From the IMG/VR virus record IMGVR_UViG_3300014208_000052, positions 1-54,655 of that record: a stretch of DNA of 54,655 nucleotides; one strand, written 5' to 3'. Below are positions 46,973 through 54,655 of the stretch, one piece after another (position 1 is the stretch's first letter; every line of letters begins with the position of its first letter). This DNA comes from a virus (lineage: Duplodnaviria > Caudoviricetes). Below the pieces are notes generated by a model that saw nothing but the letters and a program-made list of their open reading frames with translations, had not been told where the DNA came from and ran no database searches. The position numbers and the translations under genes were made by a program.

Positions 46973-47542
46973 TCATTTCCACATTCCACGTTTATCTTTT
47001 TTCGCCTTAGCTTCCTCTTGTTTCCACAGCTTTGGGGCGTCAGAAGAACAGCTTGCCCAGCCGTCCATGATTTGTCCGAGGTTACAACAGGTGCCAGATT
47101 CGCCAAACACCACACCCACGATAGGGCCGCGAGCCTCGACGGTCCCTTCTGTGCCCTCCGGTTGGACTTCGCTTGTCACAGGCACCCCATCCAACCGTCC
47201 GGTATCGCCGAAAATCCTATGGCGGCCGGGCGTTTCTACGCGAACAACGTCGCCCGCTAGGATTTTCAGGTTCTCCCTCGATGACTCGAAATCGTTGTCT
47301 CCGGGAGGGGGTGCCGAGATGTCGGCCAGCCAAACCATCGCTGTGCGTTTTCCAAGAGGCCCCCACTTAACCTCGATCATGCCGCCGTTTGGCACGCCAA
47401 CAACGTCGTACTTCTCGCTATGGGGCGGTGGCGTCGGCTCCCATATCTTCCGGCAGTTGCGAACGACAACGGCCAGAGAAACAGCCACGATAGCCACTAG
47501 GGCGAGCATGAGCGTGGACTTGAGGCCGAATAGTGTTCCCAT
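46973..47542 (-). CDS. Membrane-anchored thermonuclease (SNase)-like protein, degenerate active site
   Basis: TM anchor; VxLxxIxAP, SRENLK, NLxQIxxGWA, EAKAKxxKRGMW. Confidence 0.65.
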   Translation of the reverse strand: MGTLFGLKSTLMLALVAIVAVSLAVVVRNCRKIWEPTPPPHSEKYDVVGVPNGGMIEVKWGPLGKRTAMVWLADISAPPPGDNDFESSRENLKILAGDVVRVETPGRHRIFGDTGRLDGVPVTSEVQPEGTEGTVEARGPIVGVVFGESGTCCNLGQIMDGWASCSSDAPKLWKQEEAKAKKDKRGMWK

Positions 47543-47588
47543 GACCCGTAGGTTTGGCGTAGTTCCTCCCACTGGTCAACCCCAGTTT

Positions 47589-47963
47589 TCAGAGGTCCGC
47601 TTGTTGGCCTTGGCGGTTGCCCAACGAGCAGGAAAGCGGTTCGCCGGCAAGGATTTTCGCCACCCGCTGTTGCCGCCGCCATTCGAGATAATCTTGGCGG
47701 TCCAGGTCGGTGGCCGTTGCAATTTCCATTGCCTTCTTCCGGTCCATTGAAACGACCGTCTTGGCAGCGTTTAGAAACTCGCCCAGTATGTCGGCAACGG
47801 CTTGAGCAGCATCATCCGAATCATCGTGTTTGGGCGAAGTCCGCAACAAGATTGCACCATAGCACCACGATGCAATGTAGCCGTCAATGTGAGAGCCAAA
47901 AGGCGATGGCGTTTCGGTTTCACTCCCCCGCCTCTGCCCGTCGCGTGAATGCTTGCTGGCCAT
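47589..47963 (-). CDS. Hypothetical protein
   Basis: AAGGAG SD, 124 aa. Confidence 0.55.
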   Translation of the reverse strand: MASKHSRDGQRRGSETETPSPFGSHIDGYIASWCYGAILLRTSPKHDDSDDAAQAVADILGEFLNAAKTVVSMDRKKAMEIATATDLDRQDYLEWRRQQRVAKILAGEPLSCSLGNRQGQQADL

Positions 47964-48227
47964 CGTGGCTCCTTCCGCGTTCGTGTTTCCGTTCGTTTGG
48001 TTCCTGGCCTAGTTGGTTCACTCGGAGCCAACTGGGCCAGCCACCAGGGGCCGTTGCCACGCGGCCCGTTGGTTGATGGCTGGCCAAAGCTAAGGCCACC
48101 CTCCCGGCGTCTCGTTACCCTTTGACGCAATCGGGTTATCGTTATCAAAGGTTTGCCGGCCAGTGGGTGGCAAGGCCAGCAGAATCAGCAGTAGTAAAAG
48201 CAGTAGAATCAATTGCGTGTGTCCGTT

Positions 48228-48514
48228 CTAAATCCCGCTCTGACATTCCATAAACGCCGCTATGAACTCGGCCGCCACCTGGGGCACTATGGCGTTGCCG
48301 TAACCGCGCAAGCGTCCCATTCGCTTGGGAACCCCATGAGCCACCGGGAATGTTCCGGCCTCAATGCGCCACTGCTCACCGTCGTCATTCGCCCCGATGT
48401 CGAATGTATCCCAATCACTTGATCTTCCAATTTTCCTTGCGGTATCAATCCGGCTTCCATGAGATTGGCGAGCCACTTACAGCAGAATGGATCAATCTCA
48501 TTGTAGTAATTCAT
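48228..48514 (-). pseudogene. Internally deleted DNA cytosine methyltransferase
   Basis: N-terminus YYNEIDPFCCKWLxNL..AGLIPxG fused to C-terminal LRPEHSRWLMGFPxEWD; second frame has RLRGYGNAIVPQVAAEFI; catalytic PC motif missing. Confidence 0.75.
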
Positions 48515-48517
48515 GCG

Positions 48518-48715
48518 TTATATCCCGCTCAGCCCTCTCTGTGCCCGAATCCGCTTGGCCGTTTTCACCAGCCCCGGTTGCGAGCGGCCCGTGTAGTTGC
48601 CGGCACGCACGGCTGCGTAGTGCTTCTCGCGTAGTTCCTTCGCCGCCGCTGCTATTTCTTCCGGCGTAGGAATGTAGGGGGCCCCGTAGTCGTCGGCGTT
48701 GCTGGGGTGGGTCAT
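48518..48715 (-). CDS. Hypothetical protein
   Basis: YIPTPEEIAAAAKELR. Confidence 0.5.
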   Translation of the reverse strand: MTHPSNADDYGAPYIPTPEEIAAAAKELREKHYAAVRAGNYTGRSQPGLVKTAKRIRAQRGLSGI

Positions 48716-48871
48716 GGCTTTTCATCCCCTCCGTCATCGTCCCATTCGTACTCGTTGTCTTTCCAGATAAAATCGACCTTTTTGCACTCTGGACAATCAA
48801 CGCGGGTGCTGTCTGATAATTCGATTACACTGGCGTTGCATGATCCGCAATAGTCGCATTTAACTTTCATG

Positions 48872-49060
48872 CTACTCAACTTCCCTTTCCATCCCCGCCA
48901 ACAGCTTCCGCAGTTTCTTCAATGCCGACTGCTCATACCAATGGATGTGCTGGATGGTGATTGTCTTGTCGCCCTGCTTCCGCATTGCCTCGACCGTCTC
49001 GCGGTAGGTGCGTATCGGGCCGTTCGGGTTGTAGGCGCATCGAAGGGCTATGGTTCGCAT
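48872..49060 (-). CDS. Sigma-70 region 4-like HTH fragment protein
   Basis: TYREx...TIQHIHWYEQSALKKLR resembles r4 HTH. Confidence 0.45.
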   Translation of the reverse strand: MRTIALRCAYNPNGPIRTYRETVEAMRKQGDKTITIQHIHWYEQSALKKLRKLLAGMEREVE

Positions 49061-49311
49061 CACTCCCCCTTTGCCAGCTTGTCGGTTTGCCGCTGCCATT
49101 GTTCCCTGGTTATTATCCCCAACTGTAAGTCGCTCAACTTTCTCCAAAGCTCATCGCGTTGGCCCCTAATCACCGCCTCTCGCCGGTCGAGTTCTGCTAG
49201 CAAAACGGCTGCCGCTTGCGGGCCATTTCTGCTAACGGAATAATACGGCATATCAACGCTGCCTGATTCTGCTAGATCGCGCAGTAGTGATATTGCGTCG
49301 TCTATTTTCAT
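49060..49311 (-). CDS. Hypothetical protein (LAELDR paralog family)
   Basis: MKIDDA...LLAELDRREAVIR. Confidence 0.55.
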   Translation of the reverse strand: MKIDDAISLLRDLAESGSVDMPYYSVSRNGPQAAAVLLAELDRREAVIRGQRDELWRKLSDLQLGIITREQWQRQTDKLAKGE

Positions 49312-49330
49312 GCGTCGCCGCCTTTCATTA

Positions 49331-49651
49331 TTACTCCCCCTTTGCCAGCTTGTCGACCAAATCCGCCCGCACGTATTTCTCGGTGCCGAGGCATTTATTA
49401 TTACCACGGCGTTGCTTCGCTATTTCCAAACTCTCATGTGCTGCCATTATGCTCTTGGAATACACGTTCACCCAAATCTCCTCTGGACCGACCGAATCTG
49501 GCTTCACGCGGTAGTCCCATACATCAAAATTAAACCTGGGGCCTAGATAGTCACTCCACGGATCGTAACTGCTACGACATCTCCGCTGAATCGGTTTCCC
49601 CGCCTTATCGGCCTCAATCGCTGCAATCATGTCATCGTGCGACATGCTCAT
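49331..49651 (-). CDS. Conserved phage hypothetical protein
   Basis: AGKPIQ...FNFxxxDYRVKP...EIWVNVY. Confidence 0.6.
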   Translation of the reverse strand: MSMSHDDMIAAIEADKAGKPIQRRCRSSYDPWSDYLGPRFNFDVWDYRVKPDSVGPEEIWVNVYSKSIMAAHESLEIAKQRRGNNKCLGTEKYVRADLVDKLAKGE

Positions 49652-49652
49652 G

Positions 49653-50018
49653 TTATTCTCCTTTGATAATGCGTTCGGTTTCCGCGTCGTAGGCTGCTCG
49701 CGTTTCATCGGTGTCTGCCCACAAAGCGTACCACAGTTTTAGTCGCACTTCCCTAATCACCGCCTCTCGCCGGTCGAGTTCTCGCTTCTGACCAGCGATG
49801 TAATTGTCGAGTTGAGACAGCAATCCCACAGCGTCGGCCATCGGTTTGCATTGAGGGGCGACGGTAGAAAATAGCCGCGTGGCGTATTCTTTGGCCTGAT
49901 TTGTTTCCTCCGTCAGTCGGTCGAGTTTGGCTAGGATTGCTTTTGCCGCAGTGCGCCCCGAAAACGCCATCTCGTCCACGTGATCCAGCAGTAGTTCACG
50001 CTCACGGTCAATCGTCAT
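49653..50018 (-). CDS. Hypothetical protein (LAELDR paralog family)
   Basis: ELDRREAVIR shared with the 49060 ORF. Confidence 0.55.
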   Translation of the reverse strand: MTIDRERELLLDHVDEMAFSGRTAAKAILAKLDRLTEETNQAKEYATRLFSTVAPQCKPMADAVGLLSQLDNYIAGQKRELDRREAVIREVRLKLWYALWADTDETRAAYDAETERIIKGE

Positions 50019-50275
50019 ACGTCACCTTCTTTCGTTAGACTCCACCTATTACCATTCTTGGCTGCTGCCAAGATGGCCTTGATTCGGTCTAGCACCACGA
50101 TTGGGTGCAGAACTTTCCAGTTCTCGACTTCATTTTCAATATCGAGAACCTCCTGCCGCAGCCGGTCGAGTTCAGCTAGTAAGACCCGCAAAGCCTCTGT
50201 CAGCTCGTCGTGACAGCCATCGTCGAGCGCATTGTGGGCAGCAATCACCAGTTGTTTTGCTTCTTCAATCTTCAT
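50015..50275 (-). CDS. Hypothetical protein (LAELDR paralog family)
   Basis: MKIEEA...VLLAELDRL. Confidence 0.55.
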   Translation of the reverse strand: MKIEEAKQLVIAAHNALDDGCHDELTEALRVLLAELDRLRQEVLDIENEVENWKVLHPIVVLDRIKAILAAAKNGNRWSLTKEGDV

Positions 50276-50466
50276 GCGTCACCATCCTTGCTTAAAATCA
50301 CCACCACAATCGACACCACGAGCATGGTCACAAATGCCACAACAGCAGCAGTTATTCGCTGTGCGGTAGGCGTGGTCGCGTTGGAGCCTACCAACATGCC
50401 AGACGCCATTGACAGCGGCCAGCCAATCAGCATAGTCTGAATGAGTTGCTTTGTTTCCCACTTCAT
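50272..50466 (-). CDS. Small 2-TM membrane protein
   Basis: Two hydrophobic segments; ATGA coupling. Confidence 0.55.
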   Translation of the reverse strand: MKWETKQLIQTMLIGWPLSMASGMLVGSNATTPTAQRITAAVVAFVTMLVVSIVVVILSKDGDA

Positions 50467-50651
50467 GCGTCACCGCCTCTCGTTTCGTTTCGTCTGGAAA
50501 ATCCCCAGTGATTGGCTAACGCAAGCAGGCTCGGCCATGTCGTTCCGTCGTTCAGATGCACTTCCCCCGTTTTGAGATCAAGCAACCAGCCGCATATTCC
50601 ACAGTCACGCAGCCACTTCTCTGGAGTGGGAGGTAGTTGTTCAATGCTCAT
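50463..50651 (-). CDS. Hypothetical protein
   Basis: ATGA coupling at both ends. Confidence 0.5.
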   Translation of the reverse strand: MSIEQLPPTPEKWLRDCGICGWLLDLKTGEVHLNDGTTWPSLLALANHWGFSRRNETRGGDA

Positions 50652-51295
50652 GCGTCACCGCCTCTCGTTGGATCATCTACAGGCCGCCCAGCCTTTACAG
50701 GCCGCCCAGCCTTATAGGAGTCACATCTCTTGTGAGTCATTTTGTTGTAGTGTGGACTGCCGACGTTGAGACACAGGGCGTCAATTGTGCTACAGCCAAT
50801 CAACATGGCGCGCGACTCAGACCAATACATGCACCCGTCGCAATATTCGGACTCGGCACCGCCCAATCCTTCCGGTGGCTTGCGTGCCAGGTCGTTGGGG
50901 TCGGCCAAGAGAATCTTAATGGGTTTCCACCGGCGATTTATCGTTGAACAAGTCCAAGATGTTGCGCCGATCTGAAATACCTGCCTATCGCCTGCGTAGT
51001 ATCTCGGAACCCACGCCCTTAATCCCGAGTCCCAAGCCCACACTTTTGTATCAATCGGCGTGTCGGCGTCCGGTTCTTTCCATTGGTATGGCCGCTCGAA
51101 TATCGTCGTTTTCCAATCGGCTGGAATGATGTTTTCGATATTGATGCCAGCTAGCGAATACCAGACGCCACCTCCAAAGCCACCAAAGCTTTGCACTGGC
51201 CTTGCCCAGTAGCCGTACCACGCCACTCCCTGCCACACCACAAAATTGATATCCGGCCTTACGCACGCCCAGAACTCTGGTGCTTCAATGAACAT
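50648..51295 (-). CDS. Hypothetical mosaic protein
   Basis: 215 aa; PIDTKVW...RYYAG...GATSW module and Cys-rich tail. Confidence 0.55.
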   Translation of the reverse strand: MFIEAPEFWACVRPDINFVVWQGVAWYGYWARPVQSFGGFGGGVWYSLAGINIENIIPADWKTTIFERPYQWKEPDADTPIDTKVWAWDSGLRAWVPRYYAGDRQVFQIGATSWTCSTINRRWKPIKILLADPNDLARKPPEGLGGAESEYCDGCMYWSESRAMLIGCSTIDALCLNVGSPHYNKMTHKRCDSYKAGRPVKAGRPVDDPTRGGDA

Positions 51296-51948
51296 TATTT
51301 TTCTCCTTTTGTTGCCATCGTCAGGATTGCAGGATTTAGTACGCCGCTGCTAGCATTCGCCTTCTCGCCCTCGGTCCCAATCTGTGTATCGAGGTTGTGC
51401 CACCTTCGCAACTGTTCTCCAAAAACCCAACAACCCGCCAACATTTGGACGGCACAACCGTACATGAAGCCAGTAATCCCTTCGTCGTCTGCGATGTGAG
51501 ATGCTTCCTTGGCACATTCTTCTACCGTCGCCCCTTCTACAATCTTCACTTGCATAACTCTTGCCCACTTCTCGGCATAATCAACACAGGCTTTTCCGTA
51601 GCCGTCCTGGTTTGCATCCCTGTACCGCTGCCAAGCTGTTGCGTCACGGAGTTTCATTGCGGGTGCATCAGCCAAGATGGCGGCAAGGTTGGCCTTTTTC
51701 TCGGAGTCTTTTCGCTCCCACTCCGCTCTCTGGACAATAACTTCTGGCCGTGCGTGGTATTCTTCGCTTCGCCGCTTCGATTCAGCGTCGTAGTCTGCGA
51801 CTATCTTGCTAGGTGGATCATCTGCGGTTGCCACTAACTCGATTTCGTTGAATGAGCAGCAAACATCCTGGTCAGAAAGGTTGGCAATTTCCACCATCCT
51901 CTTGGCTGTGTGACTAACGTGTTCTCCAATTCGTGCTTCAATTCGCAT
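51295..51948 (-). CDS. Conserved phage hypothetical protein
   Basis: YAEKWARxMQ...ADDEGITGFMYGCAV..L..CWxxGExLRRWHN. Confidence 0.65.
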   Translation of the reverse strand: MRIEARIGEHVSHTAKRMVEIANLSDQDVCCSFNEIELVATADDPPSKIVADYDAESKRRSEEYHARPEVIVQRAEWERKDSEKKANLAAILADAPAMKLRDATAWQRYRDANQDGYGKACVDYAEKWARVMQVKIVEGATVEECAKEASHIADDEGITGFMYGCAVQMLAGCWVFGEQLRRWHNLDTQIGTEGEKANASSGVLNPAILTMATKGEK

Positions 51949-52380
51949 CGCTATTTTCCTTTCGTTGCTTCGGCCACTTCCACAACCGCAAGACAAGCGG
52001 CGTAGGCGAGTGGTATACCAAACGCTGTAACGTATGGCAGCATCACGTTAAGCTGCTGCTGTTTTATCAGCCATTCCTCCATCTTCTCAAACTCATCGTA
52101 AGTTGGCTCGGTCGAAACTGTCGGCCACGTTTCGCTGCAAACGTCATTGTCCTCACACCAGTCATCCTCAATGGGTTGCCGGATTGGGTCGATGCCGACA
52201 ATGCGGCATACTGCTTCGTCCAACTCAGGCCCAGGTGGTAGTGGTTTAGTCCGCTATAAACCCTTATTTTGCGCGACTCTCGTCTAGGGCAGTAGTAGCA
52301 GCGGCGATATTCGACATATTCGCCTTGCCATCGCTGCCACGGACTCCAATTGTGAAAACCGAACCAACAGAAAATACGGC

Positions 52381-52587
52381 TCATGGCTTTCGCTCCTTTC
52401 GCTGTGCCTTGGCTATAGCCCTACGAGCATCCGTTGCCATCGCAATGTAATTTTTTGCATCGGCCTCCTCCGCATCCGCAAGCGAATCAAATCTCCCACG
52501 GTTCGCCGCTGCATTTGTCGACGACTGCTTAGCTACACGATTTAACCACTTCTCCATTTTAATAGCCCACGCCAGAAGGTCGCTCAT
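52381..52587 (-). CDS. Hypothetical protein
   Basis: AGGAG SD, 68 aa. Confidence 0.55.
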   Translation of the reverse strand: MSDLLAWAIKMEKWLNRVAKQSSTNAAANRGRFDSLADAEEADAKNYIAMATDARRAIAKAQRKERKP

Positions 52588-52606
52588 TGCTTTTGCTCCT
52601 GTTCTT

Positions 52607-52834
52607 TTAGACGCTCCCGCTCCAGCTCCTGCTCCCGCTCCAGCTCCTGCTCCCGCTCCAGCTCCTGCTCCTGCTCCTGCTCCTGCTCCAGCTCCTGCTC
52701 CAGCTCCAGCTCCTGCTCCCGCTCCAGCTCCTGCTCCAGCTCCAGCTCCAGCTCCCGCTCCCGCTCCAGCTCCCGCTCCAGCTCCAGCTACTGCTCCCGC
52801 TCCAGCTCCAGCATTTTTGTTTGCGCGATCTCAT
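52607..52834 (-). CDS. Ser-X dipeptide repeat protein (X = W/R/G)
   Basis: TAGGAG SD; 33 hexamer repeats encode (W/R/G)S. Confidence 0.55.
   Translation of the reverse strand: MRSRKQKCWSWSGSSSWSWSGSWSGSGSWSWSWSRSWSGSRSWSWSRSWSRSRSRSRSWSGSRSWSGSRSWSGSV
52613..52810. repeat. Hexamer tandem repeat GCTCC(A/T/C), 33 units
   Basis: Directly visible; one deviant unit (GCTACT). Confidence 0.9.
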
Positions 52835-52844
52835 GGTAATACTC

Positions 52845-53114
52845 CTACTTTTTCAGTTGCATAAACGATTCCACGGAGGCAAGCATCACATACGCCGCAT
52901 ATGGCAACGCTTGTGCATCCTTCCATGTCTTGCTTTTGAGTTCTCCGGTTTCGTAGACAATAGCCGCGTCGTCCAATTTGACGCACGTATCATTCACACC
53001 GACAAGCGTTCCTGTGTAAATGTAGTTAGCGCAAAAGAGCGTCAACCGCATTCCCATGAAGCCCATCAGCCCCTCGCCCTCAACCTCTTGCACTTGCACT
53101 AGCTTTTTCATCAC
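52845..53114 (-). CDS. Sm-like fold phage protein
   Basis: RLTLFCANYIYTGTLVGVNDTCVKLDDAAIVYETG; precedes the repeat ORF. Confidence 0.6.
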   Translation of the reverse strand: MMKKLVQVQEVEGEGLMGFMGMRLTLFCANYIYTGTLVGVNDTCVKLDDAAIVYETGELKSKTWKDAQALPYAAYVMLASVESFMQLKK

Positions 53115-53165
53115 TCGATCTCCTTGTTATAAGTTACTTGGTTTTCTGTTCTTCCAGCCACGCCG

Positions 53166-53378
53166 TCAGCCAGTCGCGGAGGCGGGCGGCGTGGTTTGCA
53201 TAACGTGCATTAGTCGCTGCAACTCACGAAACGTCCTTTTAGCCTCTGCATACTCCTTGGACTTCTTCCAAGACATAGGAAAATTAACAGCCCTTGCCTC
53301 GACAGCTATCAGCTTCACCCCTAGGCGGCTGGCACACCGTTGGGCTTCCGCGATTGACTCTCTTAAGTTGTCATTCAT
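53166..53378 (-). CDS. Hypothetical protein
   Basis: 70 aa, overlaps upstream stop. Confidence 0.45.
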   Translation of the reverse strand: MNDNLRESIAEAQRCASRLGVKLIAVEARAVNFPMSWKKSKEYAEAKRTFRELQRLMHVMQTTPPASATG

Positions 53379-53688
53379 GGCCTTCGCTCCTTGCCTGTTC
53401 GGCGGTTTCGTTATCCAATAGGCCGTCTGCCGCCAGCAACAGCCGACCTTGAAAATCCACGTATTGATTCGTTCGCTTGAAGAACATTGCAGCAGTGCGA
53501 CATAGCGTTCGTAGGCTGGCTAGCTCCTGCGTTGTTGTCGAGTTGCGAAGTTCGTGCCCGATGTCGTTCAGCAAATCGCTAGCTGCTTTGAGGATTGGCT
53601 TAAATCGTTCCGGCGCATCATCCCATGCCGAAGAACACCCATCGGATACTTCCAAGCATTGGTCAGCTATTGAAACAAAGTCACTCAT
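53371..53688 (-). CDS. Hypothetical protein
   Basis: ATGA coupling, 105 aa. Confidence 0.5.
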   Translation of the reverse strand: MSDFVSIADQCLEVSDGCSSAWDDAPERFKPILKAASDLLNDIGHELRNSTTTQELASLRTLCRTAAMFFKRTNQYVDFQGRLLLAADGLLDNETAEQARSEGHE

Positions 53689-54302
53689 GGCGTTTCCTTT
53701 CTCTGAAAAATCTCGTCCAGCTTTGCGTCGTAACCTGGAAGGTGCCCAGACATTGCGGCAAGTTGCAGGCCGGCCTTTTCGGCCCGTCCCGCGTCTAAAT
53801 GCTCAAGCGTTACAAAAGCGTATGCTCGCAGGTAGGCAACGGCTTGCGTCAGCCGTTCAATCTCCGCGTCCTTCGATGCCAAGGTGTCTGTGGCTTGTCT
53901 CCATAATTCTTCTGGCGTTTTCCCGTGCTTGCGCCTAATCGTTACTACCATAGCTTCGCTGCGCTCGGTTGGCGCACACTCCATCGTTACAAAGTTTTCT
54001 CCACCTAGTTCTTTTAGGGTGCTTGCCAGCGATGATGCAATGACAGCAACGCCCCAATGTTCAATCGTCGCGTAAAACTCGCCGTTTATTGCAGCTTCGA
54101 TTTTCACGCTGTTAGGCTCGGCCAAGAGTCGAGCCAGCCGCTCGATCTCTGCATCCTTCGCGGTACACTCTGAACAGCCCAACAATATGCCGTCGCTCGC
54201 CTGTTCCAATCGGCGGCTGAGTGCGGCAATCTCCGCGTCCTTCGCGGCAAGCTGCTGCTGTAGGTCCTGTGTCTGCGTGCAGTTGGCCCACCATTCGCTC
54301 AT
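53685..54302 (-). CDS. Coiled-coil hypothetical protein
   Basis: TGATG-coupled start; three KDAEI(ER/AA)L repeats. Confidence 0.55.
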   Translation of the reverse strand: MSEWWANCTQTQDLQQQLAAKDAEIAALSRRLEQASDGILLGCSECTAKDAEIERLARLLAEPNSVKIEAAINGEFYATIEHWGVAVIASSLASTLKELGGENFVTMECAPTERSEAMVVTIRRKHGKTPEELWRQATDTLASKDAEIERLTQAVAYLRAYAFVTLEHLDAGRAEKAGLQLAAMSGHLPGYDAKLDEIFQRKETP

Positions 54303-54655
54303 CACGCACCCTCGCTTTCGTCTCGCACCTTTTGCCACTTACCATCCACGATCTCATACCACGTATCCGCCTCGATTCCATCCTCGCCCACCTTGCCCGT
54401 AAGGAATCGCCAGCCGTCTGCATCGGTCCAGTACGCCGCAGCAAAAGCACCACGAGGGCCAACCTTAACGCGACCAGTACCGGCAATTGCAGCACATCCA
54501 TTGCGGCCATCAATTTCACATCTACCGTTGTCGCCCGCGACCGTTGACTTCCCGTTGTCGCCCGCGACCGTTGACTGCCCGTTGTAGCCCGCGACCGTTG
54601 ACTGCCCGTTGTAGCCCGCGACCGTTGACTTCCCGTTGTCGCCCGCGACCGTTGA
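54302..54655 (-). CDS. Partial (5' outside window) repeat-containing phage protein
   Basis: (STVAG[D/Y]NG[K/Q])n then GKVGEDGIEADTWYEIVDGKW, a common phage C-terminus. Confidence 0.7.
   Translation of the reverse strand, partial: STVAGDNGKSTVAGYNGQSTVAGYNGQSTVAGDNGKSTVAGDNGRCEIDGRNGCAAIAGTGRVKVGPRGAFAAAYWTDADGWRFLTGKVGEDGIEADTWYEIVDGKWQKVRDESEGA
54525..54655. repeat. 27-bp coding tandem repeat, about 5 copies
   Basis: Units begin at 54525, 54552, 54579, 54606, 54633. Confidence 0.9.

Noticed and set aside
46821-47750. 309-aa plus-strand ORF
   Set aside because: Overlaps three better-supported minus-strand genes
50678-50712. Short tandem duplication (KAGRPV twice)
   Set aside because: Ordinary in-frame slippage duplication
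54525-54655. 27-bp repeats as a CRISPR array
   Set aside because: No spacers; in-frame 9-aa coding repeat
1-54655. Stop-codon reassignment
   Set aside because: Core genes are uninterrupted in the standard code and TAA, TAG and TGA all end genes

Overview
The whole window reads as part of a tailed dsDNA phage or prophage genome (Caudoviricetes-like); no host housekeeping genes or replication module are visible. Almost all genes are on the minus strand. From left to right: (i) 1-14.1 kb head/neck/tail morphogenesis (putative tail genes, DUF1320 adaptor, FmdB Zn-ribbon, portal, terminase, capsid cement, major capsid, scaffold); (ii) 14.3-20.2 kb two large plus-strand genes resembling internal virion/ejection proteins; (iii) a serine recombinase, an XRE regulator and a CsrA homologue missed by the ORF track; (iv) 21.6-25.6 kb small genes sharing a leader motif; (v) 25.6-27.3 kb gene-poor control region; (vi) tRNA-His, a non-canonical tRNA-like RNA and a 467-bp transposase-less IS1595-type element with an 8-bp target duplication; (vii) a nucleotide-metabolism cluster; (viii) a 7-gene glycosyltransferase/epimerase/radical SAM/sulfotransferase cluster next to a tailspike; (ix) a membrane/lysis-like block built around a papain-like peptidase; (x) small accessory genes with junction repeats. 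A Planctomycetota host is a tentative inference. All functional calls come from motif recognition by eye; no searches were run.
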